64,000 bases of DNA from contig NC_089429.1 in NCBI RefSeq assembly GCF_026210795.1, positions 3,100,001-3,164,000 on the forward strand, written 5' to 3'. Both the position numbers and the translations under genes were made by a program. The DNA comes from Rhizophagus irregularis (Eukaryota). Positions 25,647-38,517 of this stretch are shown here, in pieces (positions within the stretch are counted from its first letter, which is position 1; the number at the start of each line of letters is the position of its first letter). The notes below the pieces were generated by a model that was given only the letters and a program-made list of their open reading frames with translations, was not told where the DNA came from and did no database searches.

Positions 25647-27140
25647 ATGTCTTCTATTACTAGCATGGATGAGGTTGTAAATATACTTTGTAAATTAAGT
25701 ATATTACACTGTAAAGTTTTATTTGGAGAAGCAGAAAGATTTGAAGAATGGCTAAAGGAAAAAGGAATTAAGGATAAGGTAATATAATAAGATAAATGTA
25801 TTTTTAATATTTATCCATTTTTATTTAGAATTATAAATGACGTAAATATATTTACTAAGTATGCTCCTAAAAGAAATTTATAATATGTTAGTTTTAATTC
25901 TTTTTAAAGACCTGTGGAAGGAGGATAAAAAGGGTATTTAATATTATTAAATATACCTCCTAACCAAATTTTACGCGAGAAAAGAATTAATTCTTTCTTA
26001 TTTATAAAAGAAGAATGGGAGAAATACTTTGTTTATTTGTTAATGTTATTTTCCAAAAATAAGCACACTTTATTTACTTGTAATTCTGGCCAAAAATTTA
26101 TAATTTCGCCCAAAATGACTGTAATGCATGTATGTATGAGTTGCTTATTTTTGGAAATTGATGGTATTTTTTTTTAATAATATTTATTAATGTTAAAAAA
26201 AAATTTTTTTTTTTATTTTAAAGGATCCTATATCAACATTTTCTCGATATTTAAGCAATACAAATAATGAATATTTATTAAATATTTGGAAAAAAAAAGT
26301 TAAGATTATCCCAAAAGATTTAACACACAAAGGTAATATGGAAATGTCAATGTTAGACGAAGAAGTTAATCACCGTCCTGACTTAGCAAAAAAATATTTG
26401 GGAAAATGGGTTTCTTGTTCTGAAAGTGATAATAATAGTATTAATTTGCTAGAAGATTTAGAAATTAAAATAATTGATAAAAATAAGTCAGTTATTTTAA
26501 AATGTAATGGTGAAGCCATAGGTGCGGTCATATGTGATGCAGCCATAAAAAAATTATCAGAACATTTTGGAATAAAAATTAAATCGATAATTGAAGGTCA
26601 TCCTATCATCAAACGTGCAAATTCACATGCATCTTTAGGAAAAATGGTTGGTGATAGATTCCGTGCCAATCGTTTAAAAACTGGTTATGACAAATATGTT
26701 TATAAAACTTCTAATCCTGAGCAACAAAAAATACTTTGCGAGAATGGAATTACTTTGGCTAGATGGTTATTTGAATTTGGAAAGCAACATTTGCACTGGG
26801 CTGTCATTTCTTATGAAGATTTTAAAAATCAATTAGGATTAGGTGATGATGAAATTATAGGTGCAGTATTTTGTACTGAAAATTATGAAGCAATTGGACA
26901 TAAAGACAATGACCGATCAAAATATGCTGTGGAGAGGAAGGGACAGTTAAAGATGGATTTTTTTTTTACCCAGAGTATGGTATTGCAATCGAAATGTCGT
27001 CAAATTCCATCTGGTGCTGGTTAACACAAGCTGTACATGGTACATCTAAACTTGATTTAAATGATGGTGGAACCAGGTATACTGCTGCAATTACTTTATC
27101 TGAAAGAACGGCAAAAGCAATTGAAAAAAATAAAGTTTAA
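25647..27140 (+). pseudogene. TET/JBP-like 2OG-Fe(II) dioxygenase, 3 exons, frameshift near 26930
   Basis: Exons ~25647-25778, ~25910-26029 and 26224-27140 join in frame. HxD motif TENYEAIGHKDNDRS; after the frameshift GFFFYPEYGIAI...IWCWLTQAVHGTS...GGTRYTAAI supplies the distal His and the 2OG-binding Arg. Confidence 0.7.
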
Positions 27141-27560
27141 AGTATTATATTTGTTTTTATTTTTATTTTTAATAAATAAAATTTTTTTACAATAAAAAAA
27201 ATTTTAATAACTCATTTATTCTCTAATTACAACAAAAGTATTTGGTAGTTGAAATATTGTAATTTCATCTAAAGAGATATGATGGACTTACAAACTGAAA
27301 CTGAATTAAAGCTGTGTACAGACATATTTGATATTCCAGAGTGTTTTACACCATATTATTTCATAAATTTTACATTATGGAGTGCTTTATTATTATGTTT
27401 TACAAATACTACATTCTGGATTTTTATGCGCCATAGTATTCCGTAAGTATTGTGAGTTTTTTGCACCATTAGTATTTTGTAAATAATATATATTGGAATA
27501 CTTCATTTAGTAAATGTTACATTAGTAACAACTTACAAAATATTTTAATAAAGTATTATG

Positions 27561-28165
27561 TAAGGTTGCTTGCCGAAATTAGAGGGTTTCGGCAGAATGG
27601 CGTACATGAAACTGCCGAGCGAAATCATTAAGAAATGCAAAAAAGTTTTTTTATTAAAGATGGTTTTTAAAGCCATTTTTTTATTTTTTATTTAAAAAAA
27701 ATGCGAAAAAGGTAAGTTCTTATTTATTATTTATTTTTTATTTGGGAATGTTACTAACGTTCCTTTCCATTTTTTTTTCTTTAGGACGATGTCAGGCAGT
27801 TTGTCGTTCAATTGCTGAAAAATTAAATAATGATGTAGTGAATTCAACATTTGGACATTACCGTTATGCCGCACATATTCTCAATTTGGCAGCTCAGCAA
27901 GGACTTGAATTGATAGATAATGCAGCTGTAAAAGTGCGTCAGCTAATGATTAAGATTAAAAATTTAGTAATAATTAGTGATGAATTAAGAATGTGCAAAA
28001 ATTAATAATTTAAAACCTGAATTAGACATCAGGACAAGATGGAACTCCACATTTAATATGTTAAAAAAAATGGAAAAATGTGGAATGGAGTGCGAATGTT
28101 AGCTGTACGCAATCAGGAAGTACAAATGTTAATGCCAACTGAAGCAGATTGGAAAATAATCAGGG
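27561..28165 (+). mobile_element. Deleted hAT element: left TIR plus transposase core fragment
   Basis: TAAGGTTGCTTGCCGAAA at 27561; HYRYAAHILNLAAQQGL; LDIRTRWNSTFNML. Confidence 0.75.
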
Positions 28166-28719
28166 TATGTTTTCGTATAATAGTTGATTAAAGGTTAACT
28201 TTAAAAACAATTGTTCTTTAGTAATTATAATTATATATACGAAAGATAAAGAATATCCAACCCAGAGTTCAACTACCAAATTTAAAAAAAAGAAAAAACA
28301 AAACATTAGTAAATGCTTTGTTTAAAAAAAATTCACAATAAATATGCAAAAATAACCAATAGTTATATAATTACATTAAAATACTATTCATAAGCTTGTA
28401 TTGCAGTTAAATATTACCTTCCAAACTGAATTTAACTACCCAAAATCTAAAAAAGAAATAGGCAAAACATCAGTAAACATTTTGCTAAAAGATAAATAAA
28501 TAAATGTAAAACAAAATAAAAATACCAGTTTTTTTTTTAATAATTAAAAAAAAAAGTGTATTATTAAAAAACAATAGACATATCTAAAAAAAATTATTTA
28601 TAAGTAAATAATTATGTGAATTAGCTTATCAAAATTTGTTAACTCACGTGATAAAGTCTACCAACTACGTTTTGTCTTCAATTATATTAGAAATTATTTA
28701 CATAAAAAATAATAAAAAA

Positions 28720-29335
28720 AAAGTTGATCCTAATCAGATACATTAAACACGAAAAAATTATAAAAAAAAAAGTTTGATCACAATCAAACACGTCCAACCC
28801 CAATTGGACAAGAAAAAAATTTTTTAAAAAAAAGTTTGACCACAATCAAACACGTCCAACCCCAATTGGACAAGAAAAAAATAAAAAAAAAAGTTTGACC
28901 ACAATCAAACACGTCCAACCCCAATTGGACAAGAAAAAAAATTTTTTAAAAAAAAGTTTCGACCACAATCAAACACGTCCAACCCCAATTGGACAAGAAA
29001 AAATTTTTTTTAAAAAAAAAGTTTGACCACAATCAAACACGTCCAATCCCAATTGGACAAGAAAAAAAAATAAAAAAAAAGTTTGACCACAATCAAACAC
29101 GTCCAACTCCAATTGGACAAGAAAAAAAATTATAAAAAAAAGTTTGACCACAATCAAACATATCTAACCCCAATTGGATAAGAAAAAATTATAAAAGAAT
29201 TATAAAAAAATATGAAAAAAAGTTTAATATCGATCAAATACATTTAACCCCAGAAAAAATTATAAAAAATTGTAAAAAAAAAAGAAAAAAATGGAAAAAA
29301 GTTTAACCAGTCACGTCCAGTTGGACATGAAAAAA
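28720..29335 (+). repeat. ~58-60-bp tandem minisatellite (~8 good copies plus degenerate edges)
   Basis: Unit AAAGTTTGACCACAATCAAACACGTCCAACCCCAATTGGACAAG followed by an A/T run. Confidence 0.95.
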
Positions 29336-29589
29336 TTATAAAAAAAAAATTTTTTTTTTCCAATTTCAATTACTAAAAAACTGAAAAAAAATAAGTAAAT
29401 TAGTTTTTAAATTTCAAATAATTAATAACTAATAATTTTAAAATTTTACTTACAAAACTGTAAAAAAATTATATTAAAAAAAAAAAATTGCTAATTCCAT
29501 CCAAAAGATACGAGATAAACTAAAAAAATTGATTTTTTTAAATTAAGTTTTTAAATTTCAAGTATTATTTTGAAAATTTACTTACAAAA

Positions 29590-30507
29590 TTATAAGAGAA
29601 ATTATGAAAGCCAAGGCTCTTTATTTTTACTATTTTTACAATTCATTGCTGTGTGAGTTTTAGTTTTCCAGCAGTTCATGCAAAAATTCCTATAGTTTTC
29701 TGGTATATGATGGCAATTAAAAAGCCAATGTTTCTCCTTGCAATATAAACAGTTTGCATCGGATGGATCTGTTTTTAAATTTTTATTAAATAAATAAATA
29801 GTATAATCTATTTTATTTTAAATTGATAAATTCTATTACCAAACTGCTGGTTTTGCTGTTGCTGCTGTTGCTGCTGTTGCTGCTGTGTTGTTGTTGTTGC
29901 TGCTGCTGTGGTGGTTGCTGCTGCTATTGTTGTTGCTGTTGTTGTTGCTGCTAATTATAAAATAGAAATTTTATAAATCATTGAACATATTTATATAAAA
30001 TTAGAGAAATGCAAAGCTTATCACGTTGAAATCAGATGAATATGATAAAATAAAAAATAAATAATAAATCAACATGTGCAACTAATTAAGATTTATAGTG
30101 CACATGTATTTACAATAATGATTTAAAGAACGCTATATTTTGAACTAATAATAAAATTTACCAATCCCAAAACCAAATGAAGGTACAAACGCGGAACCAA
30201 ACGCTGGTCTTCCAAATAATGGGCTATTTGGACTATTTATTACAGGTTAAAAAAATTATTTTAAGATTATAATTTTAAAGATTTTCTTTTGTTTATATTT
30301 TATATTAATTGTTTTACTTACCATGAGTTATTATTATAAATTTTATCAAGGGTATCTTTATAAACTTTTCTAATACCCTCACTTATCTCTTGAGAAGCTA
30401 TTTTAAGCGCTTTTAAAGCTATTTCATTGGGTTCTTCTCTATCTTTTCTTTTTTTATCAATCATTTAAAATATATCATCAATAGAATAAGGCGGAGTGAG
30501 AAGCATA
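29590..30507 (-). pseudogene. Multi-exon hypothetical gene with a Gln/Ala-rich trinucleotide exon and a CCHC-like knuckle
   Basis: Minus-strand exons MLLTPPYSIDDIF*..., NSPNSPLFGRPAFGSAFVPSFGFG, a (CAG/CAA)n tract at 29850-29952, and FCMNCWKTKTHTAMNC. GT-AG boundaries present. Confidence 0.45.
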
Positions 30508-30754
30508 ATTATTTTTATTTTTATTTTTTATTTTTTATTTTTTTTTTTTGTGCACAAAAAATTCATGGTAAGTTTTTAAATTAGGAAATAATCCATTATT
30601 TTATAGTATTTTTTAGAAAATCTTAGCGCAATAATTGATAATCTAAAAGATAAACTTAGACCCTTTTCAAAATTGTGCTACCCCCCTGCAGATTATCCAA
30701 TAAAAAAATTATCAAAATTTTCACGTTAAAAAAGCTAACACATACCAGTTTCTT

Positions 30755-31040
30755 CTTTTTAGGAACATTATTAACTGTTCCTTTTTTTCTTACAGGAACT
30801 TCTATTTGGAATGGTTATTTTGAATTTTTTAAGACAGGTAGATAGACGCTATATATATATATCTTTATTTTTCTTTATAGGAATGTTATTAACCATTTTT
30901 CCTTTTTTTTACAGGAACCTCTTAGAACACCATTTGGAAATTGGAATACTAGCAGGTGAAGGTTTATTTTGTCTTTTCCTTATGTTTTTTCTTTTAGGAA
31001 TGCTATTAACCATTTCTTTTCTTTTTTCCATATAGTAACT
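30755..31040 (+). repeat. Short micro-exon/intron-like array (3 units)
   Basis: TAGGAA(T/C)..TATTAAC..TT..CTTTTTTT.ACAG|GAAC...CAG|GT repeated. Confidence 0.6.
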
Positions 31041-31369
31041 GGTTGTAATAGCTAATTTGTCTTGTTTGAGATAGTGATAAGACTGATAGGTGTTTTAATT
31101 TAAAAGTTGGAAGATCAAAAAGTTTATTGTAAAAAATTAATTTTTTTATTAACTTGAGAAATTTCATAATAAAAATTATGTTTCTTCTACTATTAAATTA
31201 AACCAATGAATTAATTTAATCATTATTATGAATTTAGCTTTTTCTTTATTAATCATTATTTTTTCTATTTAAATAAGCTTTCTGACTCTGCAACTAATTC
31301 ACTTATTCAATACTATTAAACGCTAATCAACACATGCTTTACTTAATTCAATACAAATTCCCCATATTC

Positions 31370-31475
31370 TTTACCCACAATCAAATCGAGTACACACTTC
31401 ACCATCGTTCAATTTTTGATGCTATCAAAGAACTATTAAGTAATTCAGACATATACAAATATTGTGTATTTGACC
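31370..31475 (+). mobile_element. Small Plavaka-type transposase fragment
   Basis: IEYTLHHRSIFDAIKELLSNSDIYKYCVF resembles the YR..IxDxIKELLSN motif of fungal Plavaka transposases. Confidence 0.45.
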
Positions 31476-31959
31476 ATATGTATCATGCATAAAATTTCAT
31501 CAATTAACAGAGTTTGATTTAGCACTTGTATAGTGGTATGATTATAAAAGTGCTAGTAAGTTAGACAAGTATGAATGTCTATGGTTAATCCTTACTTCAC
31601 AATATGAATTTATTCCTAGTAAAATACTTAAATTTAAATAAATTTTAAATAATATTATTATAATGTACATCACTTATGTTACAACGATAATTAAAATTGC
31701 CGAGTATTTTCCACTAGTCGAATTTAGATTTCATTAAATAGTTTAAAGTAAAGCAGTATTTAAGAAAAAATCATGTGATGCTTAATTTCAACAAGTATTT
31801 TAAATAACGGGATCAGGTGATCTTATAGATTATTCTTTGCTTTCAAAATATCTGAAATTTCTTTATTTGACTAGTGATATATTATTTGTTACTATCCAAT
31901 ATATGCCATCATGTATCTGTTAAGCGTATCAAAAAAATCCTTTATTAACATATACACGT

Positions 31960-33448
31960 ATCACAAAGTTTAACGTCTTATAACTATAAAATAAATAATA
32001 ATATAAATAACTATTTTTAATTTAATATACATTTAGTGAGAAAATTCTTACCATTAATCGATTGCAAATGTCTTGACCACTTCGTGATGGAATAATAATA
32101 TCTTTAGTCATATGATCAAGTTCTTTAATAGCTTTTAAGTCTTTGTCATGCCATGATAATCTAAAGCTTTCTTGCACAAATTCTACAAGAACTTCAAGAC
32201 TACCAACTTGTTTTAATTCCTTTTGATTAACGGCATTAAGTTGGCGGCTAAATACTTTTTTTATCACTACCTCCTCGGTTATAAATTCTTTTACTTCACC
32301 TATAGATGGTGTACGATTTGGTCTATAAAATTCATAATTTTTCTAATTAATATTCAATTTTTTTTTATATTTCACGAAAAAAATAAAAATTATATAGTAT
32401 TATATAAATATACCTTTCTCTTGAATCTTTAAAAAGTGTAATAAGTTCTTGAATACTATCATTGAACTTATTTCTGTAATTAGTGAATGCTTTGCGCATG
32501 TGTTTAAAATATCCTTGTGATTCATCACTATGATATAAATCATCGTCACCTGTTATCTTTCTAATGAAATCATCACAGGTTTCAATGGATGGGTTTCTTA
32601 CTTTAAGAAAGACACATTTCATTTGTTCATCTAAAAGCCGTAGCTTATTATCCTAAAGTTATATAATTTTACAAATTAAATTAAAAATAAATACAGTATA
32701 AAAACAGGTATGACCTAATAAATATAACATGCTTAACTTGTGAAACAGAGCTGAAAAAAATTGACAGAACCACTACCAAAAAGATTACCAGAAGGACCGG
32801 ATTTTGCTTCAAGCATTTGAGAAGCTAAGCGAAGAATATCTGGTCGATCATTTACCAACCAATTACATATAGCTAGCATGTTTGAATGCGATTTGATTCG
32901 ACTTAACACTGTTTCGTCATCACTTTCATGATTATTTTCTGTTCCTCTTCCTTCATTATCTTTTCTTCCTTCATTATCTTTTCTTCCTTCATTATCTTTT
33001 CTTCCTTCATTATCTTTTCTTCCTTCATTATCTTTGATTCCTTCGTTATTTCTTCTTCCTTCGTTATCTCTTTTTCTTTCGTTATTTCTTCTTCCTTCGT
33101 TATCTCTTCTTCCTTCATTATCTCCTCTTTCTTCGTTATTTCTTCTTTCTTCATTATTTCTTTCTTCTTCTCTGTATCTTCCTCTCTCTTCGTCACTGCC
33201 TACTTGATCAAAATTTATTAAAAATCAAAATTATTATATATTATTATATATGTTAAATATTTACCCAAAATATTGTCATTATTATTTTCGTTCATAATAT
33301 GCATAGGCCGTTCGTTGTTTTTCTTCTTTTTATTAAGATGGCTTACAAAATATAATAATTATAAGTGGTATTTTAATAACTGTTAATCAAAGAACAGATT
33401 ATTACCTGTTTTTGTAGTATTATTCTGAGATCGTTTATTACCACCCAT
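31960..33448 (-). CDS. Multi-exon hypothetical protein with DNEGRK hexapeptide repeats, divergent from the CMC-like transposase (probable accessory gene of the element)
   Basis: ATG at 33448 (MGGNKRSQ). Exons include an 18-bp repeat tract at 32930-33195, LAICNWLVNDRPDILRLASQM, and ORFs 32365-32622 and 32022-32267 ending at GT donors. End coordinate approximate. Confidence 0.6.
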
Positions 33449-36400
33449 TTGGAAGAAAAATTATTAAAATTAAGAATTGACTTCCATTTGATCGTAATAT
33501 ACTTTTATATCCCTATAAAAAAGTATCCATCATGGAAAATTACTATAATGTGGATTTGTACAGAACGTGATGTTGGATTATTTTAAACAATTTTACTCAA
33601 CTTGCGAAACTAAAAATAGGATATAAATGTGATGTAAATTATTTGTGGAAAATGTTCATGTCCTCTCTGATATATTATTTAATCCGCAAATTTTAAAATT
33701 GAAATTTACACGAGATTTTTGAATTTGTAATACAATCACAAGTCATCCCTTTAATTTATATTTTCTCAAACTAGCGAATATTAATTCTCAGTATCCTGTA
33801 AAAATCAATTTTATATAAATTTCACATGTACACAAACGTAAAGAATATATACATTGTAAAATTATTTTAAAATAGTTCCTTAATTGGTTTAAATGAGAAT
33901 AATTTTTATATAAGTGCTAATTAATTTATTGATTATTTCCTATTCATCTTCAGTTCTTCACATTGTCGTCAATAAAATAATTTTTTGTTGATTTTATGCA
34001 TAATGATCTTAGATTAATTTGTGGCTTTGTGCGTATCTTAATATAGTAATTTGTTACTTTATAAATTAAATAAGTAAAAAAATACATGACTCACCCATTA
34101 CACACTAACAATAAATGTCTTTTCAATTGCCCAATCCACAAGTGATTAGTTGGGGAATGCGACATCTCACAAATTTAATATATTATTCAGTTACGTCATA
34201 TTATAATAAAATATTTTTAAGTAATTTGGCGTTACTTATATATCCATTTATCTAATTATAAACGAGTTATGACATAATTCACGCCCTTTTCCACGCCTTC
34301 ATTTACATCCCCTTCTACCTAATTAGCACCTTTATACAGTACTGTATAATATTTATTTATATTATGTATATGTGACAATTAGGTTTTTCTTCGTCCTATC
34401 AATTTGTAAAAATGTATTCAAATTTTAACTATATAACCAAAATTTCATATTTTATTTAAAATATAATGAGAAAAAGATATATTCATTCTATTCCTTTAAA
34501 ACATCGAGTTCGAAATCATTTCTCTCATAAAATACCATCGTCTTTATTACATAATAGTAGTAAACATAATGAAGCTAGTGATATAAACTTTCAATATGAT
34601 AATAGTGATAATAAAGATGAAAATAATTATGGGAATAATGATGAAAATTATGAACGTAGCGATGATGAAAATTATGAAGATGATGATAATGAAAACTATG
34701 AGAGTAACAATGATGATGACGATGAAAATTATGAAAGCAACAATGATGAAGGCGATGATGAAAATTATGAAAGTAATAATAATGAAGGCGATAATGAAAA
34801 TTACGATGATGATGATGATGAAAATTATGAAGATAATGATGAAAGTTATGATAATGAATGCATTGTAGATGAAGCATTAAACCAAAATGAATTACCAAAT
34901 AATAATGGAAACTTTTGGCCATATTTTGAAAGTATTACAGCAGCATTACTTTTTTGTTGGGTTCATAAGCATAATATTTCAACAAGTGCTTATGATGAAC
35001 TTGTTGATATATTGCAACATCCTCAGTTTTGTATAAATGATATTGTAACAAACATTCGGAGATTTCGAAAATGGAGACAACGATTGCCACTTATTTCTAT
35101 TCGATCACGTTATGTTAAAATCTCTACTAAAAAAACACCATCAACGACTTGTACTATTAAACCAATTTACTACTTATCTGTTTCTGATATTATCTGGTAT
35201 GTCCTTAATAATCATTCTTTATTTAATAAAATGTACTTTGGTCCTGCATTAGAAGTAAAAGAAAAGTCTGAATTTTGGCATGGTGATCTTTAGGGAGAAT
35301 CACCTCAATTTGGTCAAGAAACTATTGTAATTAAACAAGGTATATACTTTGATATTCAGTTATTTAAATTTTGTAAATTATGTATATATACATAATAATT
35401 ACTAAATCTTTTTTATATATATAGTATTATATCAAATTGGTGATTATGTATACTACAATGAAATTACTGGAAAAAAATTTAGACGTATTTTAGTGATAAT
35501 ACTTGAAAATAATATTGAGAAATTAAAGATTCAACGTGTTCTTACATTTGATGAACTACCAGAAAGTTTTCATATTACAATAAGACAACAACAATCTCAT
35601 GATGGTGCACTTTGGTTACTTGATCGTGATGAATATAATGCAATTATTCTATTAGAACCACAGGCAATTATTCAAAAAATTACTGTAGGTCAAAATAATA
35701 ATAGTGCAAATAAATATATAATTGAGATTTTATATAAACATAATAATCATTGGAAATTTAGATCAGCATTATTAGATTACAAACACCCATCTGAGTATAC
35801 AGCAATTCCAAATCATAATAATTCTTTACCAGTCTATAAGTTTTTTTTAGATCTTTATTATGATGATTTTGGAACTTATCGCAATGTATATCATTCACTT
35901 GGTGATGTGTATTTACAATTTGGAAATATGACATTTAATGATCGAAAACAATTAAAAAACCATTTTGTACTTGGATTTGTTCCTTTTGGGGGATTTTGAT
36001 GATTTTATCAAACTATTTATTAAAGAAATATGTCAATTAGAAAAGGGAAAAGTCTTTGAGATAAATGGAGTACGTTGTTTAATAATTGCAAGTCTTGGGC
36101 AAGTAACAGCAGATTTACCACAAGGAAATGATCTTGCTTATATTAAAAGGCATGGAGCTATAAAGGGTTGTCGTTCTTGTCAAGCAACAAAAGAAAAATT
36201 AACTTCAGCTGATTTGAATATTCCATTAATTGCACGATACCATCATATTACAGATGAATTATATAATAGAATGGAAACTATAATAACAGCAACAGATCAG
36301 CGAAAGTTTGCAACAGAGTATGGTTTAAGAAATAAAAAGTCAATTTTAGACCTTTTAAAACGTGAAAAACATTTGCAGACCCCTCAAGATGTTTATCATT

Positions 36401-36503
36401 TAACAGCTGGAAAAATTCAACGGTTATTACATATAACTGTTAATTTGCTTTCTAATGATGGTAAAAAGGCATTTGTAACAGCTTGGAAGAGTTTTGAATA
36501 TCC

Positions 36504-36887
36504 TAAAGATGTAGTATGTAATTGATAATTACTACCTTATGTTGTAATAGTAAAGGTTGCAATCTATTACTACTTTTAAAGTTAAAGTGTTGTAATATTA
36601 CAATACTTATGATTATTCAAAAATTTTCTTTTTGAAAAATAAAAATTACAAAAATAAGTTTTTATAGAATAAATATCATCATAAAAAAAAATAATTAATA
36701 TATTATAATACATATTTGTATAATTAAAAATAATTACAACACTATATAATAATTACAATTTTAATAGTATTATAATACTATATAATAATTATAATATTGT
36801 ATTGCAATTACAACAAAAGTGTTGTATGTATGTTGTAATAGTTGCAACCTTACAACCTTCTAAAAATAATTACATATCACATCTTTA
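36504..36887. mobile_element. hAT-type MITE inserted in the transposase
   Basis: TIRs TAAAGATGTAGTATGTAATT / AATTACATATCACATCTTTA; perfect 8-bp TSD GAATATCC. Removal restores SFEYP-QQWQKL. Confidence 0.93.
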
Positions 36888-37971
36888 GAATATCCACAAC
36901 AATGGCAAAAACTTTCCAATCCAGTTTGGCATCATGAAAGCTTTATGATGTCAGACTGTCTTCGTCTTAGCACTGTAATGCCATTTATAATCAATAGATT
37001 TTTATGTTCTAATTATGTTAAAAATAACAGTTTAACAACAATACAAAATAGATGTAATATTACCCGAGCTGATTTTGCTACAAAAATGATTGTAACATGT
37101 TGGAAAGTAGTAGCAGAAACAATGGTGCTTGTATTTAAAAAGTCATATAATACTGATGATTATATTTTATTGCAAAAATGGTTGAAAAAAGAAATGGAAA
37201 TTCTTTCACAGGTAATTCATATTATAAATACAATGCTTTATTATTGTTTTATTTATTATTATACACTAATGAATTATTTTTTAATAGGTTTTTGAAGTTT
37301 TTGTAAATTTGCCAAATCTTCATGCAAGTTTTCATTTACTAAAAAATGCCAAAACATATGCAACATTATTGAACTCTACTGTTGGTGTAAAAGAAATTGT
37401 ACATAAAATTTTTAAAGGTATTGTACCACACACGAATAGAAAAAACATTGAATTAGATTTACTAAAAAGGTACACAACTCTCTTTGCAATACGTCACCTA
37501 ATTGATGGTGGTATTGATCCAAGACTTTTCCGGTCAAGCAATGCATTTACAAACCTATCAGAAAATTTTGCTCAAATTATAAGTGACTGGTTCATTGTAG
37601 AAGAATGCCTAAAAGATGATAATGGTGAAACAGAAGGTATTTAAATCAATTATTATTGCAATTTTTGTGATTTGACTTGCTAATTTTTCTAATATTTTTT
37701 TGTTTATTTAGTATGTACAAATGTTGATTACATTACAAAATTATCATTAAAAAATGAATACCACGTCAATCACAATGGTTTGCTAATATTTCAATCGATA
37801 TTAATAGTTCATTATTTCAATCAGAATTAATGCAAGCATATATTGATATGGAATTTCCAGCAGCATTAATACACAAGATGGTATTTTTTTATGAGATTGC
37901 AACTTACATTTGTGAAAATGATCAGGGATATTTTGTAAAACAACAGTTGCATGTTGGAGATGTTGTGACGA

Positions 37972-38517
37972 CCCTATAAAAAGTATTATACTTAAAATAT
38001 ACTTAAAATATATTTAAAATATACTTAATTTAAAAATTGCAAAATACTTATAATATATTTTTAATATATCTAAAATATACTTAAAATTATCTTAAAATAT
38101 AGAATATATTTAATTTTTAAAATATACTATATTTAAATTTACTAAAATATCTTAAAATATATTTAAATTATATTTAAATTAAAATTTAAGTATATTATAA
38201 GATTATTATAAGTATATTTTTTACATACTTAAAATATACTTAAAATATATTATGAAATATATTATAAGTATACTTTAAGTATGTAAAAAATATACCTATA
38301 ATATACTTAAATTTTAATTTAAATATAATTTAAGTATATTTTAAGTATTTGGGCAAAAATTAAATATATTAGAAATATATTTTAAGATAATTTTAAATAC
38401 ATTTTAAGTATATTATAAGTATTTCGCAATTTTTAAATTAAATATATTTTAAGTATATTTTAAATATATTTTAAAAAGTTTTTAATTATATTTTAAATAT
38501 AAATACTTTTTATAGGG
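37972..38517. mobile_element. Extremely AT-rich foldback MITE with CCC termini (CMC/CACTA-like)
   Basis: TIRs CCCTATAAAAAGTATT / AATACTTTTTATAGGG; 3-bp TSD CGA. Removal restores DVVT-IQKE. Confidence 0.92.

Noticed and set aside
28720..29335. CRISPR-like repeat array
   Set aside because: The intervening segments are only A/T runs, not unique spacers; eukaryotic context with no cas genes.
32903..33221. 97-aa KEEKIM and antisense ORFs
   Set aside because: Alternative frames of the 18-bp repeat; the likely coding frame is DNEGRK within the spliced gene.
34575..34922. His-rich and Met-rich ORFs
   Set aside because: Shadow frames of the acidic D/N/E tract of the transposase.
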